A DNA stretch of 38,224 nucleotides from a virus: IMG/VR virus record IMGVR_UViG_3300042902_000101, positions 1 to 38,224 of that record; one strand, 5' to 3'. Position 1 is the stretch's first letter, and each line of letters starts with the position of its first letter. Shown here one piece after another: positions 7,133-15,673 of the stretch. Below the pieces are notes generated by a model that was given only the letters and a program-made list of their open reading frames with translations, was not told the origin of the DNA and did no database searches. The position numbers were made by a program, and so were the translations under genes.

Positions 7133-8331
7133 TGGTAAAAGAAGTAATAGATCATAGCGTGCGAAAGCACGCTTTGCTATCGGCTTCCGGTGCTTCCAAG
7201 TGGATAAACTGCACCCCAAGCCCTAGACTAGAAGAAAACTTTACGGAAAAAGATTCGCCTTACGCTGAAGAAGGGACTTTGGCCCATGAGTTCGCCGAAA
7301 TTAACCTTAAATTACAATTGAAATTATTAACTAAAAAGGAGTACAAAGAAATTGCGGCCCCATTTTTAGAAAATAGATTCTATAGTAGTGAAATGGAAGA
7401 AGAAGTACAAAAACACGTAGACTACGTACGCCAGCAATTCGCCGAGGCAAAAAGAAAAACAAAAGACGCTAAACTTTTAATCGAAGAAAAAGTAGATTTA
7501 ACTTTCTTAATAGAAGACGGTTTCGGTACGTGCGACGATATAATAATCGCCGACGGGGTTCTGGAAGTTATCGACCTAAAATACGGTAAAGGCGTTAGAG
7601 TTTCGGCCGAAAATAATACGCAATTAAAACTATATGGGCTTGGGGCTTTGCGTGCCTTCGAATTAATGTACGATATACATACCGTAAAATTAACGATAGT
7701 ACAACCACGTTTAGACGCTATTTCTTCTTGGGATATATCGGCTTCGGAACTAAACACCTGGGGCGAAGAAGTGGTAAAACCTAAAGCGCTGGAAGCGTTC
7801 GCCGGCGAAGGCGAACAAACGCCAGGGAGTTGGTGCCGTTTTTGTAAAGCGAAAGCCCGATGCAAAGCCCTAGCTACTCAAAGTATGGAAGTCGCGAAAC
7901 ATGAATTTTCGGACCCTAAACTTTTAACCGACGCGGAAATTATAGACGTTTACGAAAAATCGTCCCAGATTATAGACTGGCTAAACGGAATATCTTCTTA
8001 TATTCTATCGGAAGCTTTAAAAGATAAGAAGTGGCCCGGCTATAAATTAGTAGAAGGTCGAAGCAATAGGGTAATAGTAAACCCGGAAAAGGTCGAAGAA
8101 GTGCTAGAAGCTAACCTTTTCGAAAAAGACCAATTTACGAACTCAAAACTAAAAGGCCTTGGGGATCTTGAAAAATTAATCGGTAAATCTAAATTTAATT
8201 TATTGATAGGGGAATTTATAGAAAAACCACCAGGGAAACCCACCCTAGTAGAAGAATCGGATAAAAGGCCGGCCTTCGGAATTAGCCAAGCGAAAGCAGA
8301 TTTTGGCGACGATGAAAATAATTTTAAATAA
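7132..8331 (+). CDS. Cas4/RecB-like PD-(D/E)XK nuclease (DUF2800-type)
   Basis: GTCDDIIIADGVLEVIDLKYGKG (D...D-x-K core). Cys at WINC plus CRFCKAKARC gives a four-Cys Fe-S pattern like Cas4. Sits next to a DUF2815 SSB and PolA. Confidence 0.75.
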   Translation: MVKEVIDHSVRKHALLSASGASKWINCTPSPRLEENFTEKDSPYAEEGTLAHEFAEINLKLQLKLLTKKEYKEIAAPFLENRFYSSEMEEEVQKHVDYVRQQFAEAKRKTKDAKLLIEEKVDLTFLIEDGFGTCDDIIIADGVLEVIDLKYGKGVRVSAENNTQLKLYGLGALRAFELMYDIHTVKLTIVQPRLDAISSWDISASELNTWGEEVVKPKALEAFAGEGEQTPGSWCRFCKAKARCKALATQSMEVAKHEFSDPKLLTDAEIIDVYEKSSQIIDWLNGISSYILSEALKDKKWPGYKLVEGRSNRVIVNPEKVEEVLEANLFEKDQFTNSKLKGLGDLEKLIGKSKFNLLIGEFIEKPPGKPTLVEESDKRPAFGISQAKADFGDDENNFK

Positions 8332-8335
8332 AAAT

Positions 8336-8380
8336 TAAAAAAAAGTTTCATTATATCAAAAAAAGTATTACATTTACAAA
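8336..8380 (+). promoter_or_regulatory. Conserved promoter P2 (AAAAAGTTTCATTATATCAAAAAAAGTATTACATTTACAAAATAA)
   Basis: -7-like box TACATTTA at 8369-8376. Near-identical in layout to P1. Lies upstream of the SSB gene. Confidence 0.55.
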
Positions 8381-8421
8381 ATAATAATAACAATAGTATT
8401 AATAATTAAAAATTCAAAATT

Positions 8422-8952
8422 ATGTCTACAAAAGTAATTACCGGTAAAGTTAGATTTTCTTACGCTCACGTTTTCGAACCAGCAGCAATGGCAGAAGGCC
8501 AAGACAAAAAGTATAGTGTTTCTTTGATTATCCCTAAAAGCGATAAGAAAACTATCGAAAAGATTAAAGCGGCTATTGCCCAGGCTTTAGAAGAAGGAAA
8601 AGCGAAATTTGGGGGTACTATCCCAAAAAACTACAAAAATCCACTTCGCGACGGGGACGAAGAACGCGAAGACGACGAAAATTATATAGGTTGCATGTTC
8701 GTAAATGCGAATAGTACAAATAAGCCGGGCCTAATTGATATTAACCTAGACCCAATACTAGACAAAGAAGACTTTTATTCTGGTTGTTACGGTAGGGCTT
8801 CGGTAAATTTCTACGCTTTTAGTGTTTCTGGAAATAAAGGTATCGCTTGCGGACTTAACAATTTACAAAAAATGGAAGACGGCGAACGCTTAAGCGGCGG
8901 CGGTTCTTCGGCGGAATCGGATTTCGGCGACGATAGCGAAGATTTAGGATAA
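8422..8952 (+). CDS. Single-stranded DNA-binding protein (DUF2815-type)
   Basis: The N-terminus KVITGKVRFSYAHVFEP is typical of DUF2815. Gly-rich linker and an acidic tail SDFGDDSEDLG. Confidence 0.75.
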   Translation: MSTKVITGKVRFSYAHVFEPAAMAEGQDKKYSVSLIIPKSDKKTIEKIKAAIAQALEEGKAKFGGTIPKNYKNPLRDGDEEREDDENYIGCMFVNANSTNKPGLIDINLDPILDKEDFYSGCYGRASVNFYAFSVSGNKGIACGLNNLQKMEDGERLSGGGSSAESDFGDDSEDLG

Positions 8953-8973
8953 AATTTTTAACCTAAATATTAA

Positions 8974-9002
8974 ATAGATTTTACTATATTTGTAAAATCT
9001 AT
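8974..9002 (+). promoter_or_regulatory. Promoter with a -7 box TATATTTG (8985-8992) held inside a 10-bp inverted repeat
   Basis: ATAGATTTTA (8974-8983) pairs with TAAAATCTAT (8993-9002). The box ends 12 nt before the tRNA-like element. Confidence 0.5.
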
Positions 9003-9004
9003 TA

Positions 9005-9078
9005 CGGCGGGGAAGTGCTTTGGTAAGCACACTAGCGTATAACGCTAGGGGTTTAAGGTTCGATTCCCGACCCGCCAC
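9005..9078 (+). tRNA. tRNA-like element with non-canonical features; anticodon-position triplet AUA
   Basis: D arm GTGC-TTTGGTAA-GCAC (9015-9030). Anticodon arm CTAGC-GTATAAC-GCTAG (9032-9048). GGTTCGATTCC T-loop signature (9057-9067). Acceptor GGCGGG/CCCGCC. However, the T stem pairs only 3/5 and the acceptor-to-D-arm or acceptor-to-T-arm spacing is off by 1 nt in either register. Confidence 0.45.
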
Positions 9079-9085
9079 AAAATCT

Positions 9086-9123
9086 TAAACCATTCTTTAT
9101 AGTAGCTTTTAGAGAATGGTTTA
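9086..9123 (+). terminator. Hairpin terminator after the tRNA-like element
   Basis: TAAACCATTCT (9086-9096) pairs with AGAATGGTTTA (9113-9123). 11-bp perfect stem, but no long T-run. Confidence 0.55.
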
Positions 9124-9164
9124 TATAAAAGATTGATTTTTAAAAACAAGCAAAAACGCAAAAC

Positions 9165-11129
9165 ATGGCTTTTAAAAAATTGCATATTGATATAGAAACA
9201 TATAGTTCTATAGATATAATGGCTTCGGGCGCATATAAATATATGGAGTCTGTAGATTTTGAAGTTTTAATGGTGGCATACGCCTTCGATAACGAACCCG
9301 TTAAAATTATAGACCTAGCCCAAAACGAAAAACTTCCTTCATACTTTCTGGAAGCTTTACAAGATCCCGATATTATTAAAAAGGCGCACAATGCGAACTT
9401 TGAACGCCAGGCTTTTAAAAAGCTAGGTTTCGATATACCTACAGAATTTTGGGAATGTACGGCAATAAAAGCGGCCTATTGTGGTTTGCCTTTATCTTTG
9501 GACCAGGTTTCTAAAGCTATGAATTTAGAAGAAAAAGGAAAATCTTCGACGGGTAAAGCCCTTATACGTTTCTTTTCATGCCCCCAAAAACCAACAAAGA
9601 AAAACGGTTTCAGTTTCCGAAATTTTCCCGAAAACGATTTGGAAAAATGGGCCGAATTTAAAGATTATTGCATGCAAGACGTCGAGGCGGAACGCGAAAT
9701 TTCTAGGCGTTTGGAAATATACACAATCCCAAACTTTGAAAAAGTAAACTATATACTAGACCAAAAAATAAACGATAAGGGGATAAAAATAGACGTTAAT
9801 ATGGCGACTAACGCCGTACAAATGGATTCTATTTTTACGAACAAGTTATTAACTAGGGCCAAAGAATTAACAAATTTAGAAAACCCAAAAAGTCCGGCCC
9901 AGCTAAAGGAATGGTTGTCTTCCAAAATGCAAAAAGAGATAAAAACACTTGCGAAGGAAAATTTAAACGATTTAATCTTAGAAGCTGAAGCCGGGCCTAT
10001 TTTGGAGGTTCTAAAATTACGTAAGAAGTTAGCGAAATCTTCTACTAAAAAATATACCGCTATGCTTAATTGCGTTTGCGAAGACGTAAGGGCGCACGGT
10101 CTTTTTCAGTTCTACGGCGCAAGTAGGACGGGGCGCTGGGCCGGTCGACTTATCCAATTGCAGAACTTGCCGCAAAACCATATTACTTTATTGCAAGACG
10201 CCAGGGATTTAATAACTTCTAACGATTACGATCTGGCTACTATGATGTACGACGATATTTCTTCGCTACTATCGCAATTAATTAGGACCGCTTTCGTAGC
10301 TAAAGAAAACCATACTTTCGCGGTTGCCGATTTTAGCGCAATCGAAGCCCGCGTAATTGCATGGCTAGCCGACGAAAAATGGCGCCTAGAAGTTTTTAAT
10401 TCCCACGGTAAAATATACGAGGCTTCGGCGTCTATGATGTTTAACGTACCTATCGAACAAATTACCAAAGGGTCCGATTTAAGGGACAAAGGGAAAATTG
10501 CGGAATTAGCCCTCGGGTACCAGGGCGCACTTGGGGCCTTAAAACAAATGGGCGGCGAAAAAATGGGCCTATCCGATATAGAAATGGCTACAATCGTAAA
10601 AAAATGGCGAAAAGCGAACCCCGCAATAGTTGGACTTTGGAAGGAAATAGAAGATTGCGCTAATAGGGCAATCAAAACCAAAAAAGTAGTAGTTTCAAAG
10701 CATAAAAACCTAGAATTTGATTCCGACGGGGACGTTTTAACTATAAAGCTACCTTCTGGTAGAAAATTATTCTACCAAAAACCTTCTTTTTCTATAAATA
10801 AGTGGGGTAAAGAGTCTATAAAATATAAGGGTATGAGTCAAACGACCCGCCAATGGGTTTACGTAGATACCTACGGCGGTAAATTGGTAGAAAATATAAT
10901 TCAAGCGATCGCTAGGGATTTACTGGCCTATTCCATGCAAAGAATAGACGTCGAAGGGTTCGATATAGTTATGCACGTACACGACGAAGCCGTTTGCGAA
11001 ATACCAAAAAGGCACGCAAACGCTAAACTTGAATTTATGTGCGAAATAATGGGCGAACCCGTACCCTGGGCGCCAGGTTTACCCCTTACGGCCGACGGCT
11101 ATATTACTGACTTTTACAAAAAAGATTAA
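9165..11129 (+). CDS. Family A DNA polymerase with 3'-5' proofreading exonuclease
   Basis: Exo motifs HIDIETYS, HNANFE and YCMQDVEAE. Pol motif A is DFSAIEARVIAW, motif B is RDKGKIAELALGYQG, motif C is VMHVHDEAV. Confidence 0.92.
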   Translation: MAFKKLHIDIETYSSIDIMASGAYKYMESVDFEVLMVAYAFDNEPVKIIDLAQNEKLPSYFLEALQDPDIIKKAHNANFERQAFKKLGFDIPTEFWECTAIKAAYCGLPLSLDQVSKAMNLEEKGKSSTGKALIRFFSCPQKPTKKNGFSFRNFPENDLEKWAEFKDYCMQDVEAEREISRRLEIYTIPNFEKVNYILDQKINDKGIKIDVNMATNAVQMDSIFTNKLLTRAKELTNLENPKSPAQLKEWLSSKMQKEIKTLAKENLNDLILEAEAGPILEVLKLRKKLAKSSTKKYTAMLNCVCEDVRAHGLFQFYGASRTGRWAGRLIQLQNLPQNHITLLQDARDLITSNDYDLATMMYDDISSLLSQLIRTAFVAKENHTFAVADFSAIEARVIAWLADEKWRLEVFNSHGKIYEASASMMFNVPIEQITKGSDLRDKGKIAELALGYQGALGALKQMGGEKMGLSDIEMATIVKKWRKANPAIVGLWKEIEDCANRAIKTKKVVVSKHKNLEFDSDGDVLTIKLPSGRKLFYQKPSFSINKWGKESIKYKGMSQTTRQWVYVDTYGGKLVENIIQAIARDLLAYSMQRIDVEGFDIVMHVHDEAVCEIPKRHANAKLEFMCEIMGEPVPWAPGLPLTADGYITDFYKKD

Positions 11130-11132
11130 TTT

Positions 11133-13523
11133 ATGAAATACGATGGACTATTAAATTTAGCTACTGGCATGAGTGCCAAGACTAAAGTATGGAAAAATAA
11201 GAAGATAACATGGTCGAACCTGGTAGCCAAGTTAAAAGAAGAAAACAAAACAAACGAAACATATAAAGAATTTATAGCGGCTTCGAAGGAAGACCAATCT
11301 AAAATAAAAGACGTAGGCGGCTACGTTGGTGGGTATCTACGCCAGGGGAAAAGAAGCCCTAAAAATGTAGTCCACCGCCAACTAATGACCCTGGATATAG
11401 ATTTCGCGCATACGGCTTTCTGGGACGATTTTTGCATGCAATTTTCTAACGCTGCGGTTATACATGCCACGCATAAACATTGCGAAGCCGACCCAAGGTA
11501 TAGACTTGTAATTCCAATGTCAAGGGAGGCGACGCCGGACGAATACGTAGCAGTTTCGCGACAAATAGCGGGAATTTTAGGGATAGATTTATTTGATAAT
11601 ACTACTTTCGAAACCAATAGATTAATGTTCTGGCCTTCGAATCCTAAAGACGTAGAATACTATTGTAGATTCCAAGACGGGCCGTGGGTCGATGTCGACG
11701 AAGTACTTAATACATATATCGACTGGAAAGATACAAGCCTTTGGCCTACGGCAGAACGCGACCTTAAAAACGTCTTCGATATTTCCAAGAAACAAGAAGA
11801 TCCAGAAGATAAAAAAGGAATCGTTGGGGCATTTTGTAGGACTTTCGGGATTTCGGACGCAATATCTACTTTTTTAAAAGAAGCTTACGTAGAAGCGACC
11901 GAAGGACGATATACTTATACTGGGGGATCTACGGCGGCGGGTTTGATTTTATACGACGATAAATTCGCATATTCACACCACGGGACCGACCCATGCGGGG
12001 GTAAATTGTGTAACGCGTTCGACCTGGTTCGAATCCATTTATTTAGCCATTTAGATTCCGAAGAAGGAAATTCTTCTACAAAATCGAAAAGTTTTGGGGC
12101 AATGGAAGACTTCGCTAGGAAAAACAAAGACGTTAAAAAAACAATCGCCGGCGAACATTTAGCGAGTTCTAAATATGATTTTATCGACCCGGTAGATTCC
12201 GAAGCCGAAGAAATAGAAGCAGCTTCCGAAGAAGATATTAATTGGCTGGTCGACCTAGAAACCGATACGCGAGGGAATTATTTATCTACGGCGATAAATA
12301 TAAATACAATACTAGCCAACGATTCCAGGCTTAAGGGGGTTTTTAAACAAAACGACTTCGACGGGAAAAGGTACGTTTTTACTAGCCTACCGTGGCGAAG
12401 GGTAACTAGGCCGGAACCGGTAAAAAATGTCGACTACTCGGGGGTTCGAAATTATATCGAATCTATTTACGGGATTTCTGGGACTTTAAAAATAGACGAT
12501 TCCCTGGCGCTAGAGTTCGAAAAACAATCTTTTCACCCTATAAAAGAATATTTATCTTCTTTAAAGTGGGACCAGGTAAAAAGGGTCGATTCCCTTCTAG
12601 TGGAATATTTCGGGGCCGACGATAATATTTATACGCACGAAGCTATTAGAAAAATGTTAGTCGCTGCGGTTGCTCGAATATTTAAACCCGGTTGCAAGTT
12701 CGACCTAGTACTTACTTTAATAGGGGATCAAGGAACTAAAAAAAGTAGTTTTATTAAAAAATTAGGTAAAGAATGGTTTTCCGATACTTTTATGACCGTA
12801 CACGGAAAAGAAGCGCTAGAACAAATTCAAGGGGCTTGGCTTATTGAAATGGCGGAACTATCCGGGTTACGAAAAGCCGAAGTAGAATCTATAAAACATT
12901 TTATTTCTAAACAAGAAGACGCTTTTCGACCAGCTTACGCCAGGACTTCCGAAACCTTCCAAAGACAATGCGTATTTTTTGGGACAACTAACAAAAAAGA
13001 CTTTTTAACGGACCCGTCCGGAAATAGAAGATTCATGCCTATAGACGTAAATAAAAACCAAGTAGTTAAAGACGTTTGGCAAGACCTGGACGCCGAAATA
13101 GACCAAATATGGGCCGAGGCGGTCCACTTATTTAAGAAGGGCGAAACCTTATTTTTAAGCGACGAAGCGGAAACGATAGCGAAAGCGGAACAAAGAAACC
13201 ATTGCGAAGTAGACGATCGAAAAGGACTTATCGAAGACTATCTTTACCAGCCTTTACCCGAAAACTGGCCTACTTTAGATATTCACGAAAGACGAATATT
13301 TTTGGAAAACCCAGAAGGAAAAGGAACGAACCAAAAAGACTACGTTTGTATGGCCGAAATATGGTGCGAATGTCTAAATAAGGATAAGGAAAATATGAGC
13401 CGATACAATACGCGCGAAATTAACGATATAATGAAGGGCCTAGAAGACTGGGAGTATAGCAAGTCTACGAAGAATTTCCCCCTATATGGAAAACAGAAAT
13501 ACTACGCTAGAAAACTATATTAA
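11133..13523 (+). CDS. Primase-helicase: VirE_N-like primase domain fused to a VirE (virulence-associated protein E) P-loop domain
   Basis: N-terminal LMTLDIDF...HATHKH...RYRLVIP. C-terminal Walker A LIGDQGTKKSSF and Walker B-like WLIEMAEL. Confidence 0.8.
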   Translation: MKYDGLLNLATGMSAKTKVWKNKKITWSNLVAKLKEENKTNETYKEFIAASKEDQSKIKDVGGYVGGYLRQGKRSPKNVVHRQLMTLDIDFAHTAFWDDFCMQFSNAAVIHATHKHCEADPRYRLVIPMSREATPDEYVAVSRQIAGILGIDLFDNTTFETNRLMFWPSNPKDVEYYCRFQDGPWVDVDEVLNTYIDWKDTSLWPTAERDLKNVFDISKKQEDPEDKKGIVGAFCRTFGISDAISTFLKEAYVEATEGRYTYTGGSTAAGLILYDDKFAYSHHGTDPCGGKLCNAFDLVRIHLFSHLDSEEGNSSTKSKSFGAMEDFARKNKDVKKTIAGEHLASSKYDFIDPVDSEAEEIEAASEEDINWLVDLETDTRGNYLSTAININTILANDSRLKGVFKQNDFDGKRYVFTSLPWRRVTRPEPVKNVDYSGVRNYIESIYGISGTLKIDDSLALEFEKQSFHPIKEYLSSLKWDQVKRVDSLLVEYFGADDNIYTHEAIRKMLVAAVARIFKPGCKFDLVLTLIGDQGTKKSSFIKKLGKEWFSDTFMTVHGKEALEQIQGAWLIEMAELSGLRKAEVESIKHFISKQEDAFRPAYARTSETFQRQCVFFGTTNKKDFLTDPSGNRRFMPIDVNKNQVVKDVWQDLDAEIDQIWAEAVHLFKKGETLFLSDEAETIAKAEQRNHCEVDDRKGLIEDYLYQPLPENWPTLDIHERRIFLENPEGKGTNQKDYVCMAEIWCECLNKDKENMSRYNTREINDIMKGLEDWEYSKSTKNFPLYGKQKYYARKLY

Positions 13524-13525
13524 AA

Positions 13526-13816
13526 ATGGTTATAGAAAGCGAAAAACTAATAGAAAAAAACCTTTGTAGAGAGGTTAAAAAAATAGGCGGCTGGTCGATA
13601 AAGCTACTTTCTACACATTTGACCGGCTTACCCGATAGGCTTTGCTTGTTGCCTGGTGGTCGCCTATTTTTTATAGAATTGAAAACAACAAAAAAGAAAC
13701 CGACAAAAATACAATTGTTAATACATAGAAAATTAACCCGGCTAGGTTTCGACGTCTACGTGGCCGATTCTACGGAAGTTATTCTTAATATACTAAAATG
13801 CTATGAACGAAAATAA
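13526..13816 (+). CDS. VRR-NUC domain nuclease
   Basis: GLPDRLCLLPGGRLFFIELKTTKKKPTKIQ (D...E-x-K...Q signature). 96 aa, a typical size. Confidence 0.85.
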   Translation: MVIESEKLIEKNLCREVKKIGGWSIKLLSTHLTGLPDRLCLLPGGRLFFIELKTTKKKPTKIQLLIHRKLTRLGFDVYVADSTEVILNILKCYERK

Positions 13817-15185
13817 TTTGCACCAATACCAAAAAAGCGCTATAAATCATATAATAGATAACGACCATTGCGGCTTATTTTTAGATATGGGCCTGGGCAA
13901 AACCGTTTCGACCCTTACCGCGGTAAATAAATTAATGTTTGAAGAATTAGATATAGAAAGTATTTTAATAGTCGCACCTAAAAGGGTGGCCGAAAATGTT
14001 TGGACGTCGGAACTGGAAAAGTGGGGCCATTTATCCCACCTTAATATAGTTAAAATAGTAGGTAACGAGAAAAAACGAAAAGAAGCGTTAAGGCAAAAAG
14101 CCGATATTCATATAATTAGCCGCGATAATATAGTTTGGCTTTGCGGCCAGTTCGGGGGTTCGATGCTTCCTTTTGATATGTTAATAATCGACGAAAGCAG
14201 TAGCTTTAAATCGCCAAAATCCAATAGATTTAAAGCCTTAAAACTAGTACAACCTTCTTTTAAAAGGGTCGTTCTACTAACCGGGACACCAGCCCCAAAC
14301 GGCTTAATAGATATTTGGTCCCAAATATATTTATTAGATAGAGGCGAAAGACTAGGTAAAACTATAACGGCGTACCGCGAAGATTATTTTAGACCAGGAA
14401 AAAGGAACGGGGCAATAGTCTACAATTATGATCTGCAGAACGACGGCGAAACGCGAATACATGAAAAAATAAGCGACGTTTGTATGAGTATGAAGGCGAA
14501 GGACTATCTTAATTTACCGGACCGAATAGACAACTATATAGAAATTAACTTTTCCGAAAGTCTACAAAAAAAATATAACGATTTCGAACGGGACCAGGTG
14601 CTAGAAATGTTTTCCGATAGTAGCGAAATTTCGGCGGTAAACGCTGCGGCCCTATCCAATAAACTTCTTCAATTTGCTAACGGTGCGGTCTACGACGACG
14701 AAAAAAACTACCATATAGTCCACGATTTAAAACTGGACGCCCTGGAAGAAATAATAGAAAACGCAAACGGCAAGCCCGTACTAATTGCATACACTTTTAG
14801 GCATGACCTGGAACGAATACTTACTAGATTTAAAAAGTACGGGGTCCAAAGCTTAAAAACGGACCAGGATATAAAGGACTGGAACGCCGGAAAAATTAAA
14901 GTTATGGTTATGCACCCGGCTTCTGGGGGCCACGGCTTAAACTTACAAGCGGGCGGCAATATAATAGTATGGTTTGGGCAAACTTGGTCTTTAGAATTAT
15001 ACATGCAATTTAACGCGCGATTAGATCGCCAAGGGCAAACGGACGCCGTTATTATTAACCACTTAATTTCTAAAACAACGGTAGACGAAGACGTTATTAA
15101 ATCGCTGGCAAATAAAAACTTAAAACAAGAAGGACTTATGGCCGCCGTAAAAGCCCGTTTAGATAAGTATAAAAAATACTTTTAA
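13803..15185 (+). CDS. SNF2-family (SF2) helicase/translocase
   Basis: DMGLGKT (motif I), LIIDESSSFK (motif II), LLTGTPAPNG (motif III), GGHGLNLQ and RLDRQGQ (motifs V/VI). Confidence 0.9.
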   Translation: MNENNLHQYQKSAINHIIDNDHCGLFLDMGLGKTVSTLTAVNKLMFEELDIESILIVAPKRVAENVWTSELEKWGHLSHLNIVKIVGNEKKRKEALRQKADIHIISRDNIVWLCGQFGGSMLPFDMLIIDESSSFKSPKSNRFKALKLVQPSFKRVVLLTGTPAPNGLIDIWSQIYLLDRGERLGKTITAYREDYFRPGKRNGAIVYNYDLQNDGETRIHEKISDVCMSMKAKDYLNLPDRIDNYIEINFSESLQKKYNDFERDQVLEMFSDSSEISAVNAAALSNKLLQFANGAVYDDEKNYHIVHDLKLDALEEIIENANGKPVLIAYTFRHDLERILTRFKKYGVQSLKTDQDIKDWNAGKIKVMVMHPASGGHGLNLQAGGNIIVWFGQTWSLELYMQFNARLDRQGQTDAVIINHLISKTTVDEDVIKSLANKNLKQEGLMAAVKARLDKYKKYF

Positions 15186-15193
15186 GAAATATT

Positions 15194-15235
15194 AAAAAAA
15201 GTTTTTATTTGGTTATTATTTTGTATATTTACAAA
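15194..15235 (+). promoter_or_regulatory. Conserved promoter P3 (AAAAAAAGTTTTTATTTGGTTATTATTTTGTATATTTACAAAATAA)
   Basis: -7-like box TATATTTA at 15224-15231. A TTTG lies about 20 nt upstream. Shares ATTTACAAAATAAT with P2. Confidence 0.5.
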
Positions 15236-15253
15236 ATAATAAATACTAAAAAC

Positions 15254-15673
15254 ATGAATAAGCAAAACCAAATAGACCAACAATATTTAAGAATGGCCCA
15301 AGTCTGGGCCGATTCTTCCTATTGCCAACGAAAAAAAGTCGGTTGTTTAATAGTTAAAAACCAAACTATTATATCGGACGGGTACAACGGGACGCCAAGG
15401 GGTTTCGATAATGTTTGCGAAAGTTCCGAAGACGGCGAAACTTTGTGGCATGTTTTGCACGCCGAGGCGAACGCCCTAACCAAAATAGCCAGGTCTAACC
15501 AAAGCAGCGAAGGGGCTACTTTATATACCACGCTTTCGCCTTGCAAAGATTGCAGTAAATTAATACTTCAGTCGGGAATAACTAGAGTAGTTTATTTAAA
15601 CGATCTATCGGATAGGTCCGGACTAGATTTCCTTTTTGAAGCGGGGATAGATACGATAAAAGGCCATGTTTAA
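15254..15673 (+). CDS. dCMP (deoxycytidylate) deaminase
   Basis: Zinc motifs HAEANAL and PCKDCSKLI. ATG 15254 is preferred over the TTG at 15209, which would lie inside promoter P3. Confidence 0.85.
   Translation: MNKQNQIDQQYLRMAQVWADSSYCQRKKVGCLIVKNQTIISDGYNGTPRGFDNVCESSEDGETLWHVLHAEANALTKIARSNQSSEGATLYTTLSPCKDCSKLILQSGITRVVYLNDLSDRSGLDFLFEAGIDTIKGHV

Noticed and set aside
9005-9078. Calling the element a standard tRNA-Tyr, or an inosine-bearing ochre suppressor (IUA would read UAA, and about 85% of genes here end in TAA)
   Set aside because: There is no long variable arm, the T stem is weak, the register is anomalous and G32:C38 can pair. TAA dominance is expected in any AT-rich genome. 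The suppressor idea has no support in the sequence.
15209-15253. Upstream TTG/GTG starts offered by the ORF track (15209, 16318, 16560, 17958, 18307, 21320)
   Set aside because: Each extension overlaps a promoter repeat or the preceding gene. An in-frame ATG lies right after the upstream stop or promoter in every case.
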